The translations under genes were made by a program, and so were the position numbers. This document shows, in pieces, positions 17,067 to 25,006 of a DNA stretch of 54,365 nt. Below the pieces are notes generated by a model. That model saw only the letters and a list, made by a program, of their open reading frames with translations. It made no database searches and was not told where the DNA came from. Numbering within the stretch: position 1 is the first letter of the stretch; each line of letters starts with the position of its first letter. The DNA lies in the IMG/VR virus record IMGVR_UViG_3300021226_000131, positions 1 through 54,365 of that record, one strand, 5' to 3'. The DNA is from a virus. Lineage: Duplodnaviria > Caudoviricetes.

Positions 17067-17924
17067 ATGAGTCAAGTCGCTGTAATCAACGAAGTCAGAA
17101 GCGCCATTGAGCGCATGTCCCCGCAATTTAAAGCAGCCCTGCCAGCGCACGTGAACGTTGACAAGTTTGTGCGCGTCACCCTGACGGCCGTGCAAACCAA
17201 CCCCAACTTGCTGGAGGCTGATCGCCGCACGCTTTTTGCCGCTGCCACCAAGGCCGCGCAGATGGGCTTGCTGCCAGACGGCCGCGAGGGCGCGATCGTC
17301 ACTTTCAAAGGCCAGGCGCAATGGATGCCAATGGTCGCAGGCATCATGAAGCTGGTGCGCAACTCGGGCGAGATCAGCACCTGGTCGGTCCAGGCGGTCT
17401 ACGAGAACGACACCTTCGATTTCTGCCTGGGCGACGAAGAGCACATCACGCACAAGCCCAACCTGTCCAACCGGGGCAAGCTGATTGCGGTCTACTCCAT
17501 CGTAACAATGAAGGACGGCGAAAAGTCCCGCGAGGTCATGAGCGTCGAGGACGTCAACCAGATCCGCGCACGCAGCCGCTCAGGCAGCTCCGGCCCCTGG
17601 CAGACAGACTTCGCCGAAATGGCCAAAAAGACTGTGGTGCGCCGCCACGCCAAGCGCCTGCCGCTTTCGACCGACATTGACGGCGTGATTCGCGAGGACG
17701 ACGAGCTGTTCATGCCACCCGAACCCGCAGAGGCGCCACGAGAGGCCGCACAAACGCCCGAAACACCATCGGCAACCAAGCGCCCCAGCCGCCTGCAAAA
17801 GGTTGCGGAACAGGCCCCACAGGCCGCCCACGCTGCCGACGCAGACGGCGTGATCGATGTGCCGCACACCGAGGTGCATGACGGCCAGGAATACGTCGGC
17901 GACGAAGCTGACAGCCCGATCTGA
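17067..17924 (+). CDS. recT: RecT single-strand annealing recombinase
   Basis: AAQMGLLPD, LVRNSGEI, VYENDTF, PW.TDF.EMAKKTVVRR..K.LPLS. Confidence 0.95.
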   Translation: MSQVAVINEVRSAIERMSPQFKAALPAHVNVDKFVRVTLTAVQTNPNLLEADRRTLFAAATKAAQMGLLPDGREGAIVTFKGQAQWMPMVAGIMKLVRNSGEISTWSVQAVYENDTFDFCLGDEEHITHKPNLSNRGKLIAVYSIVTMKDGEKSREVMSVEDVNQIRARSRSGSSGPWQTDFAEMAKKTVVRRHAKRLPLSTDIDGVIREDDELFMPPEPAEAPREAAQTPETPSATKRPSRLQKVAEQAPQAAHAADADGVIDVPHTEVHDGQEYVGDEADSPI

Positions 17925-17938
17925 AAGGACCCGAAAAA

Positions 17939-18145
17939 ATGAAATACCTGATCTACCTTGTCCGCGAATCCAACGACCCCGATGGCGACTTCCGCTTGAT
18001 TCGCGCTGGCAGCCCCGCCCAGGTGATGCGCCACCTCATGAAGGACCGTTTCATCATCGAGCGCCCGGGCACGGCCGAAGTGGCCGACTACATGGAGGCT
18101 GGCATTCCCATCGAACGCGTGGCCAACAACGACCTCGAAAACTGA
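17939..18145 (+). CDS. Hypothetical protein
   Basis: IYLV...RLIRA.SPAQ..RH; SD AAAGGA. Confidence 0.75.
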   Translation: MKYLIYLVRESNDPDGDFRLIRAGSPAQVMRHLMKDRFIIERPGTAEVADYMEAGIPIERVANNDLEN

Positions 18146-18149
18146 TTTT

Positions 18150-18249
18150 TGGGCTGAAAGCGGATGCTGTGTAAGCCTTACCCGTCACAGAAACTGCGGC
18201 TTGACGCTACGGTTGACGGATACGACCACAGACGCAGCGAGTAGGCCCA
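18150..18249 (+). ncRNA. Candidate structured intergenic RNA
   Basis: Outer stem TGGGCT/GGCCCA closing GAAA...AGTA; GCG/CGC; CTGTG/CACAG; inner AAGCC/GGCTT and CCGTCA/TGACGG. Confidence 0.5.
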
Positions 18250-18277
18250 CCCACTTTTTAACCACTGAAAGCAAACC

Positions 18278-18502
18278 ATGGAAAACCAAACCGCATCTTC
18301 TATTCCAACCCCCACCATCACCATCGAGTACACCGTCGAGGAGTTCAACTTCCTGCACGCCATCTTGAGCGACCTGCCCACCAAGTCCAACGCCTGGGTG
18401 CTTCGCAACAACATGGAGCGCCAGGCGCAAGCCCAGGCCCAAGCCAAGAGCATCCCGGTTGTGGATCCCAACGCAGCGCCAGCCGCACCGGCCGCCGAAT
18501 AA
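18278..18502 (+). CDS. Hypothetical protein
   Basis: ITIEYTVEE.N.L...L..LP...QAQ; GC-biased third positions. Confidence 0.7.
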   Translation: MENQTASSIPTPTITIEYTVEEFNFLHAILSDLPTKSNAWVLRNNMERQAQAQAQAKSIPVVDPNAAPAAPAAE

Positions 18503-18547
18503 CGCGAAACGGGGCCGCTCTCGGGCGGCTCCCACCAAGGAGTACGA

Positions 18548-18754
18548 ATGGAAAACAACCCGAATCAGCTGCTCACACCACAACAAGTGTCCGACCTGCT
18601 GCAGATCTCGGTGGGCACGCTGGAAAACTGGCGCATGCGCGGCCATGGACCGAAGTACCTGAAGCTCGGCGGCACGCATCGCAGCCCTGTCCGGTACCGG
18701 CAGCAGGACGTTGAAGATTTCATGTTTGAAGACGCGAAAGGCGGTGAGAAATGA
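18548..18754 (+). CDS. Excisionase/AlpA-like HTH DNA-binding protein
   Basis: LLTPQQVSDLLQISVGTLENWR..G.GPKYLKLG....VRY. Confidence 0.9.
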   Translation: MENNPNQLLTPQQVSDLLQISVGTLENWRMRGHGPKYLKLGGTHRSPVRYRQQDVEDFMFEDAKGGEK

Positions 18755-19164
18755 ACGACCCATACGCAAGCGAAGCCGACACACTGGCGCTGCTTCGACC
18801 AGACCAGCGCAGCGACGCTGAAAAGAAACTGGACGCCATGCTTGAGGAGCGCGGCGCCTGGGAACAGGGATCCGATGCTTACCCAATCCTGTACCAGTTT
18901 GCGCTGGAGCAGATGGTGGAGCGCGAATCCATCATGCAAGCGATCACCGACCCGGAAAACCAGCCGTCGCAGTTTGGAACGGTGACACTGGCGTACATGC
19001 AGCGCGAGGTTGCGGCCGAGCGTGAGGCGTGTGCGAAGGTGTGTGAAGGTGTTGTTGAGCGTCCGTCTGGATATAACGGCACATGGGAGGGCTATGGCAA
19101 ATTCAAAACCAACATGACCGGCCCTGAGTGCGCCGCCACCATCCGTGCAAGGGGCCAATCATGA
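18751..19164 (+). CDS. Mosaic hypothetical protein
   Basis: ITDPENQPSQFGT; EREACAKVCE...CAATIRARG. Confidence 0.75.
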   Translation: MNDPYASEADTLALLRPDQRSDAEKKLDAMLEERGAWEQGSDAYPILYQFALEQMVERESIMQAITDPENQPSQFGTVTLAYMQREVAAEREACAKVCEGVVERPSGYNGTWEGYGKFKTNMTGPECAATIRARGQS

Positions 19165-19280
19165 CCGACGCCCAGATCGCCATGCTGACCTCCAATATTT
19201 TCCTAGCCGCCTGGCTGGGTAAACACTGGCTCACAGGCCTGCTGTGCATCGCTTACACCGTCGCGGCGCTTCTCAAATGA
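19161..19280 (+). CDS. Small hydrophobic protein (39 aa)
   Basis: MTDAQIAMLTSNIFLAAW...; ATGA overlaps on both sides. Confidence 0.55.
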   Translation: MTDAQIAMLTSNIFLAAWLGKHWLTGLLCIAYTVAALLK

Positions 19281-19516
19281 ACCAGTCCCGCGTCGCATCC
19301 CTTGCCGAGTCGGTCATGAACGTGCTGATTGGTTACGGCGTTGCACTGGCCAGCCAACTGGCGATCTTTCCGATGTTTGGCATCCACCTGCCGCTGTCCG
19401 ACAACCTGGCGATCGGCGCCTGGTTCACCCTTATCAGCCTGGTTCGCAGCTACGCGATCAGGCGCTGGTTCAACGCGCGGCTGCACCGAGCCGCACAAAA
19501 GATCGCGGGAATATGA
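19277..19516 (+). CDS. Two-TM conserved phage membrane protein
   Basis: QSR..SL.ES..NV.IGY...IFP.FG...N..I..WFT.ISLVRSY.IRRWF. Confidence 0.8.
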   Translation: MNQSRVASLAESVMNVLIGYGVALASQLAIFPMFGIHLPLSDNLAIGAWFTLISLVRSYAIRRWFNARLHRAAQKIAGI

Positions 19517-20097
19517 AAAAACGCAAACCAGCCAAGACGGTCTACGTGTATCGCTACAGCCTCATCGATGTGATGATGGCCAGCCCAACGGAGCCGTTGC
19601 CCGAGTCGCACCGGGTGCACCAGCTTACGCGCATGCATTCGGGCTTGGACGCCATGGAAAAAGCCCCACAGCCCACCACCGACGACTGGCGCGTGGTGAG
19701 CGACGCGGTCAACATCATGGAGACGCTGGTCACAGCGGGTGATCTTTTCGAGATAAAAATTGATCCTGAAACCGGCGAGGCATACAAGGCCCCGATTCCA
19801 GGCATGTGGTACGGATGCGACCAGCAGCCCGTGCACATCATCGACGCCAGCGGATTGCTCAACGACGCCGTGACCGCCATGGCCATGGCGGGCAAGCGCC
19901 ACAAGGCGGGCGGCAACATTCGGCTCGATGGTGCTGGCATCCAGGCCGTGCGCGGCGTGCTGGCCGACTACGCCGACATGCTGGACGCGCTGCCAGCCAG
20001 AACCATGATCAAGGCGCACCGGGAAACCGAGCGGCGCATTCACGAAATATTGGCTGGCAAGAAAAAGCCGCACGATGTTGAGGTCATGGATTTATGA
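19513..20097 (+). CDS. Hypothetical protein
   Basis: Coupled ORF; DWRVVSDAVN..ETL. Confidence 0.75.
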   Translation: MKKRKPAKTVYVYRYSLIDVMMASPTEPLPESHRVHQLTRMHSGLDAMEKAPQPTTDDWRVVSDAVNIMETLVTAGDLFEIKIDPETGEAYKAPIPGMWYGCDQQPVHIIDASGLLNDAVTAMAMAGKRHKAGGNIRLDGAGIQAVRGVLADYADMLDALPARTMIKAHRETERRIHEILAGKKKPHDVEVMDL

Positions 20098-20309
20098 GCG
20101 GGTCTGCGCTGCCGGAATCACCATGGCCCTACATCACCAGCATCTTGGGCCCAGGCCTGCACTGGTCGCGCACACCGCAAGAGCTGCTCCGAGCGATCGC
20201 CAGGGCTGAGCACGACAACCGGCACGACGCGGCCGAGCACCTGCGCATCATCTTGGACCTGCGCAACCGGGTTGCTTTCGACGGCGCAGAAAAAACCCCG
20301 CCGGGTTAG
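20094..20309 (+). CDS. Hypothetical protein, last gene of the rightward arm
   Basis: ATGA overlap; ends within the convergent terminator. Confidence 0.6.
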   Translation: MSGSALPESPWPYITSILGPGLHWSRTPQELLRAIARAEHDNRHDAAEHLRIILDLRNRVAFDGAEKTPPG

Positions 20310-20317
20310 GGCGGGGC
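20290..20317 (-). terminator. Intrinsic terminator ending the late operon
   Basis: On -: GCCCCGCC-loop-GGCGGGGT running into a T6 tract, at the convergence point. Confidence 0.8.
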
Positions 20318-20348
20318 AAGGTTCCCAACAGGAACAGGAGACAACCAG

Positions 20349-22343
20349 TTATTTGCGGCCAGCAGCCTCAATATCAGCCTCGATGGACGGAATTTCAGGC
20401 GTGGGCTGCGCTGAAATGTCGGCCTCAATGTCCGTGGGCTCCGGGGTCGCCTGCTCAACACTTGGCGCAGGCCACACGGTGGTTGTGCCGCCCATCACAG
20501 CGCCACGCTCGGCTGCCGTGGCCTTGACGGCACGCGGGGCCTCGCTGGCGGCGTGTTGCTCGAGGAACTTCACCACAGCGGCTACCTCGTGCGGGTCTTT
20601 GGCCATCAGCATGTCAGACAGCTTGTCGGCCACCTGGGGCGTGATTGTTTTGTTGCGCAGCGATTTGAGCGTGATGTTCAGCAAGCCGGATGCAAATCCA
20701 CCTGGGCCAGCCACGGCAGTGGCAATCGCGTCGCCAACTCCAGGCCCTTCTTCCAGTGATTCTTTCATCATTCCGCGTTTTGCTGTTTGCGAGCCACCCA
20801 AGATTTTGTCGGCCTGCTGGAACAACTGAGCCTCTCGTGTTAATGCTGTCTGAAACAAACGGAACTGCGACGGGTTGTCGAAAAGCGGCTGCAACTTAGC
20901 CACGGTTTCGGGCGAGTTGATGATGTTGGCCGCAGCGTTTCGATTTTGAGCGGGCTCCATGATTTTTGCGTACAAGTCGCGAGCCACGCCGGTGCGGAAG
21001 GCATCCTTTTCGGCGTCACCCATGCCAGACACCAGCTTAATGACCTGCTCGTGGTCGAGCTTTTTAAAGTCGTTCATGCCAGCGCGCATCGCATCGATCA
21101 CCTCCAGATCGCCCGCGTAGGCTTGCCGGGCGGCCTTGTATGCGGGCACGTTCTCGTCGATCGCGTTCACAAACTCGCGGCGCAGATCGCGCAGCGCACT
21201 GGCCTCGGCCTTGGAAAGACCCTGGCCTTTGAAGCCGGACTCGATCGTGGCGTCGATGCCGCGCTTGATGTAGTCCAGCGTGCGAACGTCTGGCAGCTTG
21301 GTCAGCTCCAGGATTTCCGCGCCGCTGTCGGTGAACTTGCCCGTGGGCTTGTAGAGCTCCGGCAGCGCAAAGCGGCTTGGGTCCTCGCCGCGCAGTTTGG
21401 CCGCCTGGCCCTCGGTTTCAGCGATGCCACGGGCTTTGTTGAAGAACTCTTGGAAGCGTGGGTTCTTGAGCACCTCCACGATGCGCGGGTCGTCCACATC
21501 GCCGTGGGCGTAGGCGTCGTCGTAAATGTCCTTAGCCTTGCCGCGCAGCTCTTTGACCAAGCGCTCCTCGTCGGCGTAGTAGTCGCCAGGCTGCAGGCCT
21601 TTGCGGACCTGTTGGTACGTGCGCTCGCGGGCGCCGGTTTTTTGCTGGGTGAGCGTCTTTTCAACGCGGCGGGTGCCTTTGCCGGTGCGCTGGGCCACAG
21701 CCTCGGCCAGATCGGCCATGGCGTTGTCCACGTTTGCGACCACACTGGGCACGCCCATGGCGCGATCGCGGGCGGCCAACTGCTCAATTTGCTGGGGCGT
21801 GAGGTTCGACTCGCGCATGGCCTGTGTCATTTTTTCGCCAGCGCGTCGGGAAATCGACGCCTCGGTGGGCGCCAGGCGGTCACGGAGCCAACGAGCGGCC
21901 CCTGTGGCGCTTCGCATGGCCACGGGGGTACCCACGCCAAGGATTGTGCCAATCGTCGCGCCTGACACGGCGCCGGAGCCCCGTTGGCCCTCTTCGGCCG
22001 AGCCTGCACCGGACACAGCGCCGGTTGCGCCTCCCAGGGCGGCCAGTTTGGCCAGCGCGCCCATGGTCGATGTGCCAAGCTGGGCAGCGCCTGCGGGCTG
22101 AGCGCCCGGAACAAACATCATGCCAACGGCGGGAGCCACGCCACCGGCAAACTCTGCGGCGGTCGATGTGATCGGGTAATCCTTGGAGTACTGGGCGTAC
22201 TCCTGGCGAATCTGCTTAAGCGCCTGCTCATAGGGCACGCCGCCGAGCTTGGAGCGCAGCCAGGCCTCGCCCTCGTCGCCCCAGCCCATGCCCAGGCCTT
22301 GGCCCAAAGCGGCGCGCGCGGCGCCAACATACGGATCTGCCAT
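20349..22343 (-). CDS. Internal virion/ejection protein
   Basis: GQGLGMGWGDE N-terminus, Gly/Ala hydrophobic segments, helical body; last gene of the virion block. Confidence 0.7.
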   Translation of the reverse strand: MADPYVGAARAALGQGLGMGWGDEGEAWLRSKLGGVPYEQALKQIRQEYAQYSKDYPITSTAAEFAGGVAPAVGMMFVPGAQPAGAAQLGTSTMGALAKLAALGGATGAVSGAGSAEEGQRGSGAVSGATIGTILGVGTPVAMRSATGAARWLRDRLAPTEASISRRAGEKMTQAMRESNLTPQQIEQLAARDRAMGVPSVVANVDNAMADLAEAVAQRTGKGTRRVEKTLTQQKTGARERTYQQVRKGLQPGDYYADEERLVKELRGKAKDIYDDAYAHGDVDDPRIVEVLKNPRFQEFFNKARGIAETEGQAAKLRGEDPSRFALPELYKPTGKFTDSGAEILELTKLPDVRTLDYIKRGIDATIESGFKGQGLSKAEASALRDLRREFVNAIDENVPAYKAARQAYAGDLEVIDAMRAGMNDFKKLDHEQVIKLVSGMGDAEKDAFRTGVARDLYAKIMEPAQNRNAAANIINSPETVAKLQPLFDNPSQFRLFQTALTREAQLFQQADKILGGSQTAKRGMMKESLEEGPGVGDAIATAVAGPGGFASGLLNITLKSLRNKTITPQVADKLSDMLMAKDPHEVAAVVKFLEQHAASEAPRAVKATAAERGAVMGGTTTVWPAPSVEQATPEPTDIEADISAQPTPEIPSIEADIEAAGRK

Positions 22344-23623
22344 TACTCACTCCCGCCAATGTTGGTTTCTCGGTACAGGCCTTGATTGATCTCGTTGAGG
22401 CGCTTCTTGGACCGCTGGTAGATCGCCTGCATGGCTTTGGCCGCGTTGTCCATGATCTTGCCACGCTCCTCGATGCTCTTGGCGCCCAGGCCTTGCGTGG
22501 CCATGAGGGCCTTGCGCTCGTCGTTGGAAATTTGGCCAGGGAAGGTGGACTTGAGCTGAGACAACGCTGCTTTTTCGAGCAGGTTTTCCATTTCTCGCGT
22601 GTCTTGCAGCTTCTTGTCCTTGCTGCCAGCGGCCTCCAGCAGCTTGCGCTGGGCGGTGTCTGGCAGTGAGGTGTCGAAGGTGGTCGGGTTAAGAGCCATG
22701 GCTTTTTTCAGGTTCTCGTAGCCCTGCTGCGTCTGCGCCAGAACGTCCTCGGTCTCCGTCTTGAGCTTCATCTCCTGCGGCGACAGTTTGGCCTGTTGGG
22801 CCTTGGTCTGCTCGAACTTCTGCTGGTTGAGCAGCAAGTTGGACTGCGCCACCGACATGTTGGCCAGCGTCGCGTTGACCTGGGCCATCTGCTTTTCGAC
22901 GTTGGCCTCAGCGATCTGAGCCACGCGCTTTTGGAACTCGGGCGTGCCAGGCTGCAAGCCCTCGTCCTTGGCCTGCTTGCCTGCGCTGGACTCCGGCTGA
23001 CCGGACTTCACGTAGTCCTTGATCAGCTCGGTGGCGATCGTGCGCTTGTCTTTCATGCCTTCGGCAGCCAGGGCGCGCAGCGTGTTGACGTCCTCTTTGG
23101 CGCCGGTCATGCGCAGCTTCTGCGCTTCCAGGCCAAGCTGCAACTGGCGGTTGCGTTCTGCCAATCCAGCCTCGCGCTGCTCCTTGTTCATCGTGGCGGC
23201 GGCCTCACCGGCCTTGCCCAACGACTCCATGAAGTTGCCGGTTTTGGTGGGGGCACCGAAGGCGGCGGCCAGACGGAAGTACATCTCGGCCTTGCTGGGG
23301 CCCGATTCCTGAGGCTGCTTGATTGCGTCCTGAAGCAGCTTGTTGAAAGCCTCAGACTCGCGGGTCATGGTCTCACGTGCCGTTTTCAGCTCGGGACCGT
23401 AGTCCTCACCCTGGGGGAAATACCGACCAAGCAGCGACAGGAGCTGCTGGTTGCCTTGCTCGGGTAAACCCGCGGGCGCAGCGGCAACAGGCGCGGCGGC
23501 CATGGGTGCCGCGGCAACTGGGGCGCCCTGCATCGGCTGCGCGATCGGGGCACCAGCGACGGGCAACCGAATGCCGGGCTCGCCGAGGTCGTAGTTCGAG
23601 GCCAGGTCGTAGATCGATGGCAT
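22343..23623 (-). CDS. Internal virion/ejection protein, coiled-coil
   Basis: SD GGAGG; LK.TFPG.ISN.ER; position in the ejection block. Confidence 0.7.
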   Translation of the reverse strand: MPSIYDLASNYDLGEPGIRLPVAGAPIAQPMQGAPVAAAPMAAAPVAAAPAGLPEQGNQQLLSLLGRYFPQGEDYGPELKTARETMTRESEAFNKLLQDAIKQPQESGPSKAEMYFRLAAAFGAPTKTGNFMESLGKAGEAAATMNKEQREAGLAERNRQLQLGLEAQKLRMTGAKEDVNTLRALAAEGMKDKRTIATELIKDYVKSGQPESSAGKQAKDEGLQPGTPEFQKRVAQIAEANVEKQMAQVNATLANMSVAQSNLLLNQQKFEQTKAQQAKLSPQEMKLKTETEDVLAQTQQGYENLKKAMALNPTTFDTSLPDTAQRKLLEAAGSKDKKLQDTREMENLLEKAALSQLKSTFPGQISNDERKALMATQGLGAKSIEERGKIMDNAAKAMQAIYQRSKKRLNEINQGLYRETNIGGSE

Positions 23624-23638
23624 GTGTGCCTCCAAAAA

Positions 23639-24976
23639 TTAACTGCCGAGCAGCTTGTTCAGGCCAGCCGATGCCGACAGGCCCGTGGCCAGCTGCTGCA
23701 GTGGCGAGGCCGAGTAAGTTTGACCGGTTGTAACACCGCTTTGCGTCTGCGAGGTCTGCACGTTGGGCGCCATGCCGCGAACCTGCGTGGACAGCCAGTC
23801 GAGCTGCGTTTTGGGGTATTGCAGCTCCGTGAGGTACTGCTGGTACGCCGAATCTGCCTGCTTCTGGGCAAGCTGCTGCTGCGACAAACCGGCGGCCTCC
23901 AAGGCGGCGACGTCTTGCGTGCGCATCTGCTGGCCTTGCTGGGCCTGCGCTGCCATCTGCTGGAGCACGGACTGCTGGCGCTGCAGGTCGGCGCCGGTGA
24001 GCTGGCCTGTTTGCGATCCGGCGCTGAGCAGGGCTTGCTGCTGCTGCTGGGTCAGGCCGCCAAGCTGTGTGCCAACGGTCCCTAGGGCTTGGGCGCGCGC
24101 CATTTCCTGCTGCGCTGCCTGCTGCTGGGCCGATGTGAGCGCCTGGCCACCGGCCATGATCGCTTGTTGCTGGGCGGTGCCGAGACCGCCAGCCGTGGTG
24201 GCAAGGCCTGCTTGGCGCTGGGCCTCCTGCTGCGCGGCCGACAAGGCCTGGCCGTAGCCAGCCTGCAAAGCCTGCGACTGCTGGTTCAGGATGGACTCTT
24301 GCGTGTCACGCAGCGCGCGGCTGCCAAACTCGCCCATGCGGGTGCCGCCGAATTGGCCAGCCCGCACAAACGAATCGGACACGGCTGGCAGTAAGTTTTC
24401 AGACAGATTTCGCGCCCCGAGCTTGGCGATCTGGTTGGTCACGCCCTCGGTGTATGGGCTCATGAAGTCTTGCACCGCACCGGCCGTGGACTGGCTGGCG
24501 GCCTGCAGGTATGGCTGCGCGGCAGACAGGCCCGAGCTGCCCAGGCTTTGCTGGACATACGGGGACAGGGTGCGTGCGCCTGCGCTGGTGTCAACACCAC
24601 CCAGGGCGGCAGCGGACTGCGACAGGTAGGGCTGGGCCGCGCCCACGCCACTTGTGCCAACGGCCTGCTGAATGAACGGCTGAGCCGCAGCGGCGCCACC
24701 AGGGGCCGCGCTCAGCGCAGTCAGGCCGGTTTGAGCCTGCTGGAACGCGGGCTGCCATGCGCCTTGGTTGGCGCTGACGGCCTGCCAGGCTTGCTGCTGT
24801 TGCGGCGTTGCGCCAGCCACCAGAGTGCCGCCATACGGGGTGAATGGCGTGTTGGCCACGTTGGTGGCCTGGTAGATCTGGTTGTAGATGGCGTCCTGCA
24901 GCCACTTCGGGGTTTCCGTTGTGCTGGTGACGTAGGAGGTGGCTTTCTGGGGATCGCCTTGGAACAAGCTGGCCAT
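23639..24976 (-). CDS. Gln/Ala-rich DNA pilot/ejection protein
   Basis: FTPY.G..VAG, MSPY...V, AGQFGGTR motifs. Confidence 0.7.
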   Translation of the reverse strand: MASLFQGDPQKATSYVTSTTETPKWLQDAIYNQIYQATNVANTPFTPYGGTLVAGATPQQQQAWQAVSANQGAWQPAFQQAQTGLTALSAAPGGAAAAQPFIQQAVGTSGVGAAQPYLSQSAAALGGVDTSAGARTLSPYVQQSLGSSGLSAAQPYLQAASQSTAGAVQDFMSPYTEGVTNQIAKLGARNLSENLLPAVSDSFVRAGQFGGTRMGEFGSRALRDTQESILNQQSQALQAGYGQALSAAQQEAQRQAGLATTAGGLGTAQQQAIMAGGQALTSAQQQAAQQEMARAQALGTVGTQLGGLTQQQQQALLSAGSQTGQLTGADLQRQQSVLQQMAAQAQQGQQMRTQDVAALEAAGLSQQQLAQKQADSAYQQYLTELQYPKTQLDWLSTQVRGMAPNVQTSQTQSGVTTGQTYSASPLQQLATGLSASAGLNKLLGS

Positions 24977-25006
24977 GTTATGCGCTCTCTTTCATGCGGG
25001 GGGCAA

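Noticed and set aside
18150-18249. Hammerhead or hairpin ribozyme call
   Set aside because: No CTGANGA core, and hairpin-ribozyme loop sequences are incomplete; kept only as an unassigned RNA
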